Positions 1 through 8,870 of a DNA stretch of 64,000 nucleotides are shown one piece after another. The notes under the pieces were generated by a model. The model searched no databases. It was not told where the DNA came from and was given only the letters and a program-made list of their open reading frames with translations. This DNA comes from an uncultured Chloroflexia bacterium. GTDB lineage: Bacteria > Chloroflexota > Anaerolineae > CG2-30-64-16. The position numbers and the translations under genes are program-made. The stretch's first letter is position 1. Every line of letters begins with the position of its first letter. The stretch lies in the NCBI GenBank assembly GCA_963810095.1, contig CAWEMM010000006.1, positions 448,001 through 512,000 on the forward strand, in the 5' to 3' direction.

Positions 1-267
1 CACGTCGGGGCGCCGCGCATACACGTACAGGTGTGTCGCGAGGTCGACCGACGGCGCGAGCCGGCCTTCGATGACGTCGCCCTCCAGGTTGACGACGATC
101 ATGTCCTCGGCCCGCATGTCTTCATAGCTGTAGCCGCTCGGCTTGATCACCACCAACCCCGTTTCCGGGTCGCGGCCGCTGACGTTGCCGCTGGTCGTCT
201 TCACGAGCCCCTGCTTGGGGAGCTCCAGGTTGCACTTCCAAACCTCATTGCGTAGAGCTTCGAGCAC
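1..267 (-). CDS. araD: L-ribulose-5-phosphate 4-epimerase / class II aldolase family, runs off the left edge
   Basis: Manual translation from GTG at 267: (M)LEALRNEVWKCNLELPKQGLVKTTSGNVSGRDPETGLVVIKPSG...HLYVY; SGNVS and IKPSG motifs; GAAAGGA RBS upstream. Confidence 0.85.
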   Translation of the reverse strand, partial: MLEALRNEVWKCNLELPKQGLVKTTSGNVSGRDPETGLVVIKPSGYSYEDMRAEDMIVVNLEGDVIEGRLAPSVDLATHLYVYARRPDV

Positions 268-388
268 CGGTGTTCTATCCTTTCATCCCAATCGGGAGTG
301 GTATCATCGTGCCTGTTTGCAGCGCGCCCGCGGCACCCGCACGCGGGATGGCTGCCGCCGCGTAAGGATCTCGGCCACGGACGTCGCC

Positions 389-2116
389 TTAGGCCGGAGT
401 GCGCGCCCCCAGGCAGCCGCGCACCATGTTGCGGACCTCTTCCGCGTCTTCCAACTCCAGCGCGGCCGCCGCAATCCCGCGCGCCTCGTGCACGTCCAGC
501 GTGCGGATCAGCGCCTTTGCGGCGGGAATGGCCGGCGAGTTCATGCTGAACTCGTCCAGCCCCAGGCCGAGCAGGATCGGGATGGCAAGGGGTTCGCCGG
601 CCAGCTCGCCGCACAGCCCCACCCACTTCCCCGCCGCATGCGCGGCATCAATGACCTGGCGGATCAAGCGCAGCACCGCCGGGTGAAACGCATCGGCCAG
701 CCCGGCCACGCCCGCATTCGTCCGGTCCGCCGCCATGGTGTACTGGCTGAGATCGTTGGTGCCGATCGAGAAGAAGTCGACCACCTTCGCCAGCTGGTCG
801 GCCACCACGGCCGCCGCGGGAATTTCGATCATGATGCCGACTTCCATGCTCTCGGCCACCGGCTGCCCCTCGGCCAACAGCTCGGCCCGGCACTCCTCCA
901 ACACGGCGCGCGCCCGGCGCACCTCGCCGACCGTCGCCACCATCGGAAACATCAGCTTGAGCCCGTTGCCCGCGCCCGCACGCAGGGCCGCCCGCAGCTG
1001 CGGTTTGAAGAGGTCGGGACGCGGAAGGCAGAGACGGATGGCGCGGACACCCAGGAAGGGGTTTTGCTCGGTCGCCAGCCCGAGATAGGGCAGCTCCTTA
1101 TCGCCCCCCACGTCGAGGGTGCGCAGCACGACCGGCAGGCGGCCAAACGCATCCCCAATCGCCTTGTAGGCCGCATACTGCTCTTCTTCGGTCGGCAGCG
1201 CAGTGCGCTCGAGAAACAGGAACTCGCTGCGCAGCAAACCCACGCCCTCCGCGCCGGCATCGAGTGCGCGCTGCGTGCCGGCCACGTTGCCGATGTTCGC
1301 CACCACCTCGATGCGCGTGCCATCCAGGGTGACCGCCGGCTCGTGCGCATGGGCCCGGGCGATGGCTTCCGCAGCATCGGCACCGGCGCGCTTTGCTTCG
1401 TGTGCCCGAAGCGCGCCTTCGTCGGGCTGGGCGATCAGGACACCCGCCTCGCCGTCCAGGATCAACGGCGCGCCGTTAGGCAACTCCATAACGCCCGCGC
1501 CTGCGCCGACCACGGCCGGCAGGCCAAGGCCGCGCGCGAGGATGGCCGTGTGCGAGGTCGCACCGCCCGCTGCGGTGCAGAAGCCCAGCACGAGCGACTT
1601 GTCCAGCATCACAGTGTCGGACGGCGCGAGGTCGGCGGCCAGGATGATAGAAGGAATGCTCAGGTTGGCGGTGGGCGACTCGCCGGCGCCCAGCAGCACC
1701 CGCAGAACGCGGTTGGCGACGTCCCGCACGTCCGCGGCACGCGCCCGCAAGTACTCGTCGTCGAGCGCAGCCAGCGTCTCGGCGTAGCCTTCGGCGGCAG
1801 CATGCAGCGCGGCTTCGGCGTTCACGCCGTCCTGCCGGATGGCAACCCGCACCGTCTCCATCAGGTCCGGATCGTCCAGCATCATCGCCTGGGCCTCGAA
1901 AATCGCGGCTTCCTCACCGCCGTGCGACGCTTCCGCCTGCGCCTGCACGGCCGCGAGCTGCTCACGAGCGACGAAAAGCGCGGACTCAAACCGGGCCCAT
2001 TCGGCCATCCGATCCTTGACCGTGTAGCAATTGAAGGACAAATCGGCCTGGAGATACCGGAATGCGGGGCCAATGGCGATGCCGCGCGACGCTGGAATGC
2101 CCGAGAAAGCGATCAT
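389..2116 (-). CDS. ptsI: PTS enzyme I (PEP-protein phosphotransferase)
   Basis: GIPASRGIAIG start, TSHTAIL phospho-His motif, GVGLLRSEFLF, DFFSIGTNDLSQY, GLCGELAG. Confidence 0.95.
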   Translation of the reverse strand: MIAFSGIPASRGIAIGPAFRYLQADLSFNCYTVKDRMAEWARFESALFVAREQLAAVQAQAEASHGGEEAAIFEAQAMMLDDPDLMETVRVAIRQDGVNAEAALHAAAEGYAETLAALDDEYLRARAADVRDVANRVLRVLLGAGESPTANLSIPSIILAADLAPSDTVMLDKSLVLGFCTAAGGATSHTAILARGLGLPAVVGAGAGVMELPNGAPLILDGEAGVLIAQPDEGALRAHEAKRAGADAAEAIARAHAHEPAVTLDGTRIEVVANIGNVAGTQRALDAGAEGVGLLRSEFLFLERTALPTEEEQYAAYKAIGDAFGRLPVVLRTLDVGGDKELPYLGLATEQNPFLGVRAIRLCLPRPDLFKPQLRAALRAGAGNGLKLMFPMVATVGEVRRARAVLEECRAELLAEGQPVAESMEVGIMIEIPAAAVVADQLAKVVDFFSIGTNDLSQYTMAADRTNAGVAGLADAFHPAVLRLIRQVIDAAHAAGKWVGLCGELAGEPLAIPILLGLGLDEFSMNSPAIPAAKALIRTLDVHEARGIAAAALELEDAEEVRNMVRGCLGARTPA

Positions 2117-2129
2117 GGACTCCTGCCGT

Positions 2130-2405
2130 CTACGCTTCGCCGAAATTAGCGGCCACGAGGGCAACCAGCGCGTCGAGCGCTTCCGCGGCCTGCTCGCCTT
2201 CCGCGTCGATCTCGATCGTGTGGCCCTGCTGAACGCCAAGCGTGAGCACGCTCAAAATGCTCTTCGCGTTGACGGCTTTGCCGTCGGAAGTGACGTTGCG
2301 CACGGCAATGGTGCAGGGATACTTACCTGCGAGCTTGACGAATTGCGAGGCGGGGCGCGCATGCAGCCCGACCTTGTGCTCCACCGCGACTTCAGTCTTT
2401 GCCAT
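2130..2405 (-). CDS. ptsH: PTS phosphocarrier protein HPr
   Basis: GLHARPA (His15) and NAKSILSVLTLG (Ser46) motifs. Confidence 0.95.
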   Translation of the reverse strand: MAKTEVAVEHKVGLHARPASQFVKLAGKYPCTIAVRNVTSDGKAVNAKSILSVLTLGVQQGHTIEIDAEGEQAAEALDALVALVAANFGEA

Positions 2406-2889
2406 GTTTTGCAACCTGTCTTGGGCCCATTAAGCGGTACTCCGGCGCAATCCGCCGCAGGTTCGCGCCGTTGGCGACGAGGCGCGCGTGTTCCCACAAC
2501 TCCCGCTCGTCGATGATGGCCTTGACCGCTTCGACGCTCTTTCGCATCGGCAAAAGTCCCGCGGCCCGTGAGACAAACGGAAAACCCGCCTTCTCCACGG
2601 CCTCTTGCCACGGCAGCTCGGTGCGCCCCGGCCGCGCAGCCTTTGGCTTGGGCGTGCTCGCACCGTGGCGCCTTCGCTCCGGCGCGCTGGTCTCCACCTC
2701 GGGCGTGAGGGTGGCCGCGGCGGCCACAACCAGGTAGCGATAAATCCGGACGAGGTTCGACCACGACAAGTACATCAGCACGCCGTACAAGACGATGACC
2801 AGGCCAAGCACGAGCGCATGGGCCTCGTAAAAACCGAGCACCGACGTGCCGGCCTCCCCGATCATCGATTCGACCAAACCACGAATCAT
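2392..2889 (-). CDS. Hypothetical membrane-anchored protein in the PTS operon
   Basis: 165 aa ORF with one hydrophobic segment (HALVLGLVIVLYGVLMYLSW); overlaps the ptsH start. Confidence 0.6.
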   Translation of the reverse strand: MIRGLVESMIGEAGTSVLGFYEAHALVLGLVIVLYGVLMYLSWSNLVRIYRYLVVAAAATLTPEVETSAPERRRHGASTPKPKAARPGRTELPWQEAVEKAGFPFVSRAAGLLPMRKSVEAVKAIIDERELWEHARLVANGANLRRIAPEYRLMGPRQVAKHGKD

Positions 2890-3002
2890 GGCATCTTACC
2901 CCCGGCCCACGGCCGAAAACGCGGATGACGCTGACCAGGCGCGGCGGCCTCGCGTAGCGCCGCCAACTGGCTGAAGCGACGATGTCGCCGGACCAGCGTC
3001 AT
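2886..3002 (-). CDS. Possible small basic protein (38 aa)
   Basis: AAGGAG RBS before ATG at 3002; stop overlaps the next start (ATGA). Confidence 0.3.
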   Translation of the reverse strand: MTLVRRHRRFSQLAALREAAAPGQRHPRFRPWAGGKMP

Positions 3003-3024
3003 CCGCTCCTTGCGGGCCTCGGTA

Positions 3025-4494
3025 TTAGCGAAGCGCAGGCTTAGCGGGCGGCTGCGCGGACGACTTTCCCGCAACGGCCGGCTTTTCACGGCGAGAAGCG
3101 CCGGCGAAGACCTCCCAGGCCTCCTCGTTGCGCTTGAACAGGAAGAAGCCCAGGCCGGTGATGATGGCGAACAGCGCCATGCCGATCCAGCCCAGGTACT
3201 TACCGGCGGCCAGGAACGCGAGCGGGGTCCAGACGAAGCCGTCGGCGATGCTCGAGATGTACGGCGCATTGACCGCATTCTCGGGCACCTTGAACCCGGC
3301 CTCCAGCGCCACCTTGGTGATGGTGGGAGCTAGCGCGTTGGAGACGTAGAAGCCGATGATCAGCAGGACGGTGCCGATGATCACCATGCGGATAACGTTA
3401 CCTTTCGCGGCCGGCGCGAACTGCGTGCAGAGGAACACCAGCACGGCCAGGTCGGCGAAGAGGAGCATGTGGTTGCCCGGCAGGATCAGCATGAGGATGA
3501 TCGCGATCGGGACCAGGAGCAGGCCCGCCGAGATGTTGGCCGGATGACCGACGAGGACGGCGGAATCGAGGCCGATGTAGATCTCCCGGTTGCTGGCCCG
3601 CTTCGCCATGAAGGTGCGGGCAGCTTCGGAGACGGGGATCAAGCCTTCCATGAGGATGCGCACCATGCGGGGCAGCAAGACCATAACCGCAGCCATGTTG
3701 ATACCGAGGACCAGGATCTTGGCCAACGTGGGGATGAAGCCTGCGGTGCTAAACTCGCGAAAGTAGGCGAACAGACCAAGGGCAGAACCGATGATCAGGC
3801 CCAGAATCATGGGGTCGCCGAAGGTCGGTCCCAGCCTGCGCTCGATGCCCTCGGTGTCGGCATTGAGGCTCCGCAGTCCCGGGATCTTGCTGATAACCCA
3901 GTTGAGCGGGATGCCAATGAGCGAGAGCGGCGCGGTCATCCCGTGCGGAATGGAGATGCCGGGGAGCTCGTAGAACTCCTGGATAGCGCGGCCCGTCCAG
4001 TCGCCGAGCAGGAGCATGAAGGCGGCGCCGATGCCTGCGGCCACCAGGCCCATCAACAGGTTGCCGGTCACCGCGGTGACCAGCGAGCCCAGGAAGGCGT
4101 AGTGCCAGAAGTTCCACACGTCGACGTTGAGCGTCTTGGTCACGTTGGTTAACAGCAGGACGATGTTGACGATCAACGCGACAGGGATTACGGCGAGGCC
4201 GACCTTGGTGGCAAAGGCCACGGCCGCGGCGGCAGGCCACCCGACGTCCACGATGGACATTTGAACGCCGGTGTTCTGCACCAGCGCCTGGGACACGCCG
4301 GCGAGGGCGCCCCACATGAGGCCGATGACGAGGTTAATACCGACGAATGCGACGCCGATCGTGACGGCCGACCGGAAAGCACGGCCTGGTTTCGCGCCGA
4401 GAATCAACGCGAAGATGAAGATGAACAGCGGGAGGAGGACCGAAGCACCGAGCGTGTCGACCGCTGTCTTGAGCCCGGAGAGAATTGCATCCAT
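3025..4494 (-). CDS. gatC: PTS galactitol-family EIIC
   Basis: IVDVGWP, TLNVDVWNFWHY and YIGLDSAVLVGHP motifs; multi-TM. Confidence 0.92.
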   Translation of the reverse strand: MDAILSGLKTAVDTLGASVLLPLFIFIFALILGAKPGRAFRSAVTIGVAFVGINLVIGLMWGALAGVSQALVQNTGVQMSIVDVGWPAAAAVAFATKVGLAVIPVALIVNIVLLLTNVTKTLNVDVWNFWHYAFLGSLVTAVTGNLLMGLVAAGIGAAFMLLLGDWTGRAIQEFYELPGISIPHGMTAPLSLIGIPLNWVISKIPGLRSLNADTEGIERRLGPTFGDPMILGLIIGSALGLFAYFREFSTAGFIPTLAKILVLGINMAAVMVLLPRMVRILMEGLIPVSEAARTFMAKRASNREIYIGLDSAVLVGHPANISAGLLLVPIAIILMLILPGNHMLLFADLAVLVFLCTQFAPAAKGNVIRMVIIGTVLLIIGFYVSNALAPTITKVALEAGFKVPENAVNAPYISSIADGFVWTPLAFLAAGKYLGWIGMALFAIITGLGFFLFKRNEEAWEVFAGASRREKPAVAGKSSAQPPAKPALR

Positions 4495-4606
4495 GGAATT
4501 GCTCCTTTGCCAGAATCAGAGAGTCGAGAATCCATAGGTGAATGAATGACACGAAGGGTGAACACTCGATAGGCATCGCTCCTTTCCTGGCTGCCCACTG
4601 CCCGGC

Positions 4607-4891
4607 CTACTGCTTCAGCACGTCGATGATCTGCTTCAGCACCGCATCTGTGCCGATGCCCGTCAGAAAGGGCAAGCCCTTGATCACCGGAATGCCGGGG
4701 TCGCCCCGCAGTGGCGTCGTGGTGACGATGAGATCCGCGCCGTCCTGGAGGACGATGGGGACCTCCGCCGCCTTGCACTGTTTGACCTTGACCGCGATGC
4801 CGTTCTTTTTGCAGGCCTCCTCGATGGCCATAGCCACCACCGTGGAAGTAGCAACTGCGGTGCCGCATGAGACGATGACTGTCTTGGCCAT
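4607..4891 (-). CDS. gatB: PTS galactitol-family EIIB
   Basis: VSCGTAVATST phospho-Cys loop; PFLTGIG. Confidence 0.9.
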   Translation of the reverse strand: MAKTVIVSCGTAVATSTVVAMAIEEACKKNGIAVKVKQCKAAEVPIVLQDGADLIVTTTPLRGDPGIPVIKGLPFLTGIGTDAVLKQIIDVLKQ

Positions 4892-4930
4892 GGTTGATCT
4901 GCTCCTATACGTGGGTTGGGGCGTTCAGTT

Positions 4931-5386
4931 CTAGGCTAACAACGCCAGAGCCTCCGCGACGCTGGTCGCCGCCACCAGGCGGAGCACCAGGTCGGGCTGC
5001 TGCAGGACGCCGGAGACTTGCTGCAGCATTTCGATTTGAGACTTCGGCTGCTCGAGCGCGAGCATGATGACCAGGCGCACGGGGACGTCCTCTTCGGGGT
5101 CCACCATGTTCTGGAATACGACCGGGGTGGTCAGCGTTGCGAGCGCGAGCGCGGGGCTGTTGACGTATTCGATGTCCACATGGGGGATGGCAGCGTTAAT
5201 CTCGCCGCCCAGAGGTAGGCCGGTTGGCATCTCTGCCTCGCGGCGAAGCGTCGCTTCGACGAAACCGTCTTTGACGCGACCGAGCCCGCGCAGTCGTTCG
5301 CCGAGGACGCGAATCACGTCCTCGGAACTGGCGGCCTGGAACTGAAGCACGACGGCTTCCTGTGGCAGAAACTGAGCCAGGGACAT
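4931..5386 (-). CDS. gatA: PTS galactitol-family EIIA
   Basis: REAEMPTGL, AIPH phospho-His motif, VFQNM. Confidence 0.88.
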   Translation of the reverse strand: MSLAQFLPQEAVVLQFQAASSEDVIRVLGERLRGLGRVKDGFVEATLRREAEMPTGLPLGGEINAAIPHVDIEYVNSPALALATLTTPVVFQNMVDPEEDVPVRLVIMLALEQPKSQIEMLQQVSGVLQQPDLVLRLVAATSVAEALALLA

Positions 5387-5417
5387 CTGCCCACCATCTT
5401 GAGGAGATTGGGGAACC

Positions 5418-5483
5418 AATTCACATCTGTGAATTTCTAAACACGATTAACACCAGTATATGAGCAAAGTTTCGCTCTGTCAA
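5418..5483 (-). promoter_or_regulatory. Sigma70 promoter of the PTS operon with a candidate operator
   Basis: Minus strand TTGACA (5483-5478), 17 bp, TATACT (5460-5455); inverted repeat AATTCACA-TC-TGTGAATT at 5418-5435 just downstream. Confidence 0.75.
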
Positions 5484-5553
5484 GAGGCAAATAGCGAAAA
5501 ACGTTCTACCCGTGCGAGTAATCGGTGACGCGAATCCTGGATCGGCCATAGAA

Positions 5554-5582
5554 TTGACTGATACTGCTCAGAATGATAGTAT
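5554..5582 (+). promoter_or_regulatory. Sigma70 promoter of the left tRNA-Arg
   Basis: TTGACT, 17 bp, TAGTAT with TG extended -10. Confidence 0.7.
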
Positions 5583-5605
5583 CGGCGAAGGTGGAAACGC
5601 CGCTT

Positions 5606-5679
5606 GCCCCCGTAGCTCAGGTGGATAGAGCGAGGCACTCCTAACGCCTAGGCCGAGCGTTCGAGTCGCTCCGGGGGTA
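5606..5679 (+). tRNA. tRNA-Arg (CCT), left copy / attL
   Basis: Cloverleaf: acceptor GCCCCCG/CGGGGGT, D-arm GCTC/GAGC, anticodon loop CTCCTAA, T-loop TTCGAGT; no encoded CCA. Confidence 0.95.
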
Positions 5680-5740
5680 CTTTACTACTACCTGTAGTGT
5701 TTTTCCCTCAGAATTCCCCATATATAGTGGTAGCGCTGTC
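5680..5740. repeat. Left island-end inverted repeat (IRL)
   Basis: CTTTACTACTACCTGTAGTGT...CCCATATATAGTGGTAGCGCTGTC matches the reverse complement of 21807-21867. Confidence 0.8.
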
Positions 5741-5754
5741 CAGGAGTAAGGTGG

Positions 5755-6684
5755 ATGGCGCGCATAGACCTAGGAACTCGTTTAAAAGTAGTTCAATCCC
5801 AACCGGCATCGGACATTCAGCAGGCGGGTGATTTGTTCCTGCTGGACTGCCGCGCCCGGCGTCTCAGCCCCGGCACGCTCGATAGTTACACCCGGCGCAT
5901 GCGTAGTTTTCAAGCTTGGTTCCACGAAAACGGCATCACCCGGCTCGTGGACCTCACGTCTCATCACATTCGCGCCTACCTCGTGCACCTTCAAGATCGC
6001 GGCCTGGATGACGACACGGTCATCACCGAGTACCGCGTGTTGCGGGCCTGGCTGAACTTCTGCGTCCAGGAAGAAATGATCAGCGCCAGCCCCATGAAAA
6101 AAGTACGGTCCCCGCGCTTGCCCAAGGAGATTCTGCCTGCCTTCGCGCCCGAAGATGTACAGAAGCTTCTCGCAGTCTGCCAGACGCCGCGCGACAAGGC
6201 CATCATCCTCTGCCTGCTCGACACAGGCTGCCGGGTGTCGGAGTTCGCAGCCCTCAACATCGGCGATGTGGACGCGCAGAACGGCGCGGTCCAAGTGAAG
6301 CTCGGCAAGGGCCGCAAGGACAGAATCGTATACTTGGGGGCCAAGGCCCTGCGCGCCCTGCTGAAATACCTGCGCACCCGGCCAGACTCCAAGCCCGCCG
6401 ATGCGCTGTGGCTGAGCGAGAAACGCCGGGAGCGACTGACGCTGTGGGGCCTGGAAGAGCTTCTGTCGCGGCTTGGGAAGCGCGCGGGCGTCGAGCACGT
6501 CAACCCGCACACCTTTCGGCGGTCATTCGCGCTGTGGAGCCTGCGCAGTGGCATGGACATCTTTAGCCTACAACGGCTGATGGGCCACGCCGACCTAACC
6601 GTTCTTCACAGGTATCTCGCCTTGGTAGAAGGCGACCTTGAAGCCGCACATCGGCAGCACGGCGCGGTCGACAACATGCTGTAA
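5755..6684 (+). CDS. Tyrosine recombinase/integrase (XerC/D-sized, 309 aa)
   Basis: Catalytic residues intact: TGCRVSE (R), GKGRK (K), PHTFRR (HxxR), LMGH (H), HRYL (Y); N-terminal LSPGTLDSY SAM-like region; AGGAG RBS. Confidence 0.95.
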   Translation: MARIDLGTRLKVVQSQPASDIQQAGDLFLLDCRARRLSPGTLDSYTRRMRSFQAWFHENGITRLVDLTSHHIRAYLVHLQDRGLDDDTVITEYRVLRAWLNFCVQEEMISASPMKKVRSPRLPKEILPAFAPEDVQKLLAVCQTPRDKAIILCLLDTGCRVSEFAALNIGDVDAQNGAVQVKLGKGRKDRIVYLGAKALRALLKYLRTRPDSKPADALWLSEKRRERLTLWGLEELLSRLGKRAGVEHVNPHTFRRSFALWSLRSGMDIFSLQRLMGHADLTVLHRYLALVEGDLEAAHRQHGAVDNML

Positions 6685-6806
6685 CCCTTGCTGCGGAGCT
6701 TCAGCACTGGCGGTGGTCCTTGCCGGAGGTCGTCACACGGCCACCGGCAAGTTGCATTTTGCGCCCGGCCAGCAGGCGACGATCTTGCAGTGAGGGGAAA
6801 AGAGCC

Positions 6807-7214
6807 ATGCGTACACAGACTATTCTGAACAAAGCCATGGTCCAACGCCTCTATGAGGACGTCTGGAACCGAAATGACCCGGCGGCAGCCGCCGACATCT
6901 TCGCTCAACCGAGCGGCGCCCAAGCCTATGTCAGCCAGTTTCGCGCGGCGTTTCCGGACGTGCACCGTACGGTGCTGACAATGGTTGCGGAAGGGGACGT
7001 CGTGATGACGCACTGGACAGCCCGGGCAGCCCATCTGGGCCAATGGCACGATCTCGCCGCCACCGGCGCTCGCGTGCGTTGGACAGGCGTTACCATCGCC
7101 CATGTGGCCGATGGGAAGATCGTGGCGGACCAGACGGTGTGGGACGCGCTGGGTCTGTTGGAGCAGACCGGCGCGGTCCCGCGAATCAGGGAGGCCGACG
7201 GTACTCAGCTGTAG
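6807..7214 (+). CDS. SnoaL-like ester cyclase / NTF2 family protein
   Basis: NKAMVQRLYEDVWN, FRAAFPD, VAEGDVV, DGKIV...WDALGLLEQ. Confidence 0.85.
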   Translation: MRTQTILNKAMVQRLYEDVWNRNDPAAAADIFAQPSGAQAYVSQFRAAFPDVHRTVLTMVAEGDVVMTHWTARAAHLGQWHDLAATGARVRWTGVTIAHVADGKIVADQTVWDALGLLEQTGAVPRIREADGTQL

Positions 7215-7431
7215 TCGGGGTTAGGAGCCGCACGCTGCGCGTAAGGGCCTCCCGCTTGATCGCGTCCGGAATGCGGAGGGCTGGAACCCGCCAGCCACCC
7301 CGATACATCGCGGCTGCGTAGAATGCCGATCAGCCTGCGGCTACCAGGACATATGCCGACCTCGTATCGCATGCTGCCACCAACCTCGCTAACCTATGCG
7401 AGCTTAAGCCGGGACAAGCATGTCTTTGTTT

Positions 7432-7618
7432 GTCGGGCCACACGCGTCCTGGTGCCTCAGATTGCGCGCAACCTGCCTCGGCGCGCGCCGCAAAACAGTC
7501 GTACAATAGGAACGCGCAGCAGATGACAAACACTGCTCGCCGCGCATGACGAAGCAGCATGACCGTACCAGAGGTCCTTTCTGATGTTGGAGAGCCTGTA
7601 ACGCCGAGGTATCTGATC
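7432..7618 (+). pseudogene. Decayed integrase 3'-end remnant, copy 1
   Basis: Across frames reads LRAT...QNSRTI...AQQM..HCSPRMTKQHDRT; similar at DNA level to 10456-10612 and 13111-13296. Confidence 0.7.
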
Positions 7619-7619
7619 A

Positions 7620-8411
7620 ATGAAATCGTCTGCTGAGTTGTTGGCCGCGTCGGACGCCAACATGATTGCGTTCTGGTCGGCCTATGGTCGCGGGGCTGGC
7701 TGCACCTCGCAGGTTGCGCCGGGCGTGGTCTGGGTCTATACGGGCATCCCGACCCCGTTGTTCAACTGCGTGCTGCTGTCCGACGCCGGGGCAGCGGATG
7801 TGCAGGCGACTGCGGACGCGGTCCGGGCGAAGATCGATGAGCGGGGCGTACCGGCCATGTGGTGGGTCGGCCCGCAGGCTGGGCAAGACGACGTCGCCCC
7901 GCGGCTGGAGCGGATTGGCCTTGCCCCTGCCGGGGAAGTGCCCGGCATGGCGCTCGACCTGGCGCTGCTGAATGACGCACATGAGGCGCGTCCGGAGTTC
8001 ACAGTCGAGCGCGTCCACGGGACCGTGATGCAAGCGCTGTGGGGGCACACTGCCGGGATCGGGACGGGTTTCCCGGATGAGACCAGCGCCGCGCTGGCAC
8101 AGGTTGAAGCGACCCTGAACGACTCGGAGTATCTGGCGCAGCGCCGCTATATCGGTTACTTGAATGGCGAGCCGGTGGCGACGTCGGCCCTGGTATTGGC
8201 TGCGGGAGTGGCAGGCATCTATGCCGTCGCCACAGTGCCCGCGGCCCGCCGCAGGGGCATTGGTCGGCTGATGACGGTGCTCCCACTACTGGAGGCCAGG
8301 CGGGAAGGTTATCACAGCGGCATCCTCCAGTCGTCGGCGATGGGCTATCCGGTGTACAAGGCGATTGGTTTTGAAGAGGTGAGCCGGTACAGGCTTTATG
8401 CGCAGGCTTAG
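7620..8411 (+). CDS. GNAT family N-acetyltransferase
   Basis: AGIYAVATVPAARRRGIG acetyl-CoA motif; GYPVYKAIGF. Confidence 0.9.
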   Translation: MKSSAELLAASDANMIAFWSAYGRGAGCTSQVAPGVVWVYTGIPTPLFNCVLLSDAGAADVQATADAVRAKIDERGVPAMWWVGPQAGQDDVAPRLERIGLAPAGEVPGMALDLALLNDAHEARPEFTVERVHGTVMQALWGHTAGIGTGFPDETSAALAQVEATLNDSEYLAQRRYIGYLNGEPVATSALVLAAGVAGIYAVATVPAARRRGIGRLMTVLPLLEARREGYHSGILQSSAMGYPVYKAIGFEEVSRYRLYAQA

Positions 8412-8489
8412 TGGATCGCGCCAGGCTTGCGACATCGAGGGCAGCGCGGCCTCAACCCGCGCCTGGGGGAGGCTCGGAGACATCAGCCC

Positions 8490-8790
8490 GCCGGTCGGCC
8501 TGGCACCAGCACCTATACGGTCAGCCTGTCCCTGGTTGTCGAGCCGCTTGTGAAGACCCAGGCGGGTGCCGCGCGCATCACAGCCCGCGCAGCGCGCCCT
8601 GGCCCTGGACTGGCTGTGGGCCAACTACCACGGCAAGGCCAAGTACAGAGACGTCTGGTTCGAGTGGGCAGGCAAGCCGCTGCTCATCGCGTTCGACCCG
8701 ATGACCTTAACGATGCGAGTGTCGGCAACATATCCCATCAGCTACATGATCCGGAACTGGACGGGTCGCCGCGGCGCAGATCGAAGTTGA
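8490..8790 (+). pseudogene. Frameshifted gene fragment, possibly from a glycoside hydrolase-like protein
   Basis: Protein-like segment LDWLWANYHGKAKYRDVWFEWAGKPLLIAFDP with no clean start. Confidence 0.3.
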
Positions 8791-8870
8791 CGCCTCTGAG
8801 GACTGTATGTCGTTGAACGACTTTCGCATGGCCTTCACTTAATTCACATTTTCCATCCCGACGTCCCTCT

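Noticed and set aside
143-2149. Long opposite-strand ORFs (143-2149, 47000-49015, 55187-57562, 51437-52921 and similar)
   Set aside because: Shadow ORFs of real genes in high-GC DNA; no motifs and Arg/Gly/His-biased composition.
5755-6684. Island integrase as an integron integrase (IntI) or chromosomal XerC/XerD
   Set aside because: It lacks the IntI-specific insertion before the HxxR box and is co-oriented with the cargo; its position beside a duplicated tRNA fits an island integrase.
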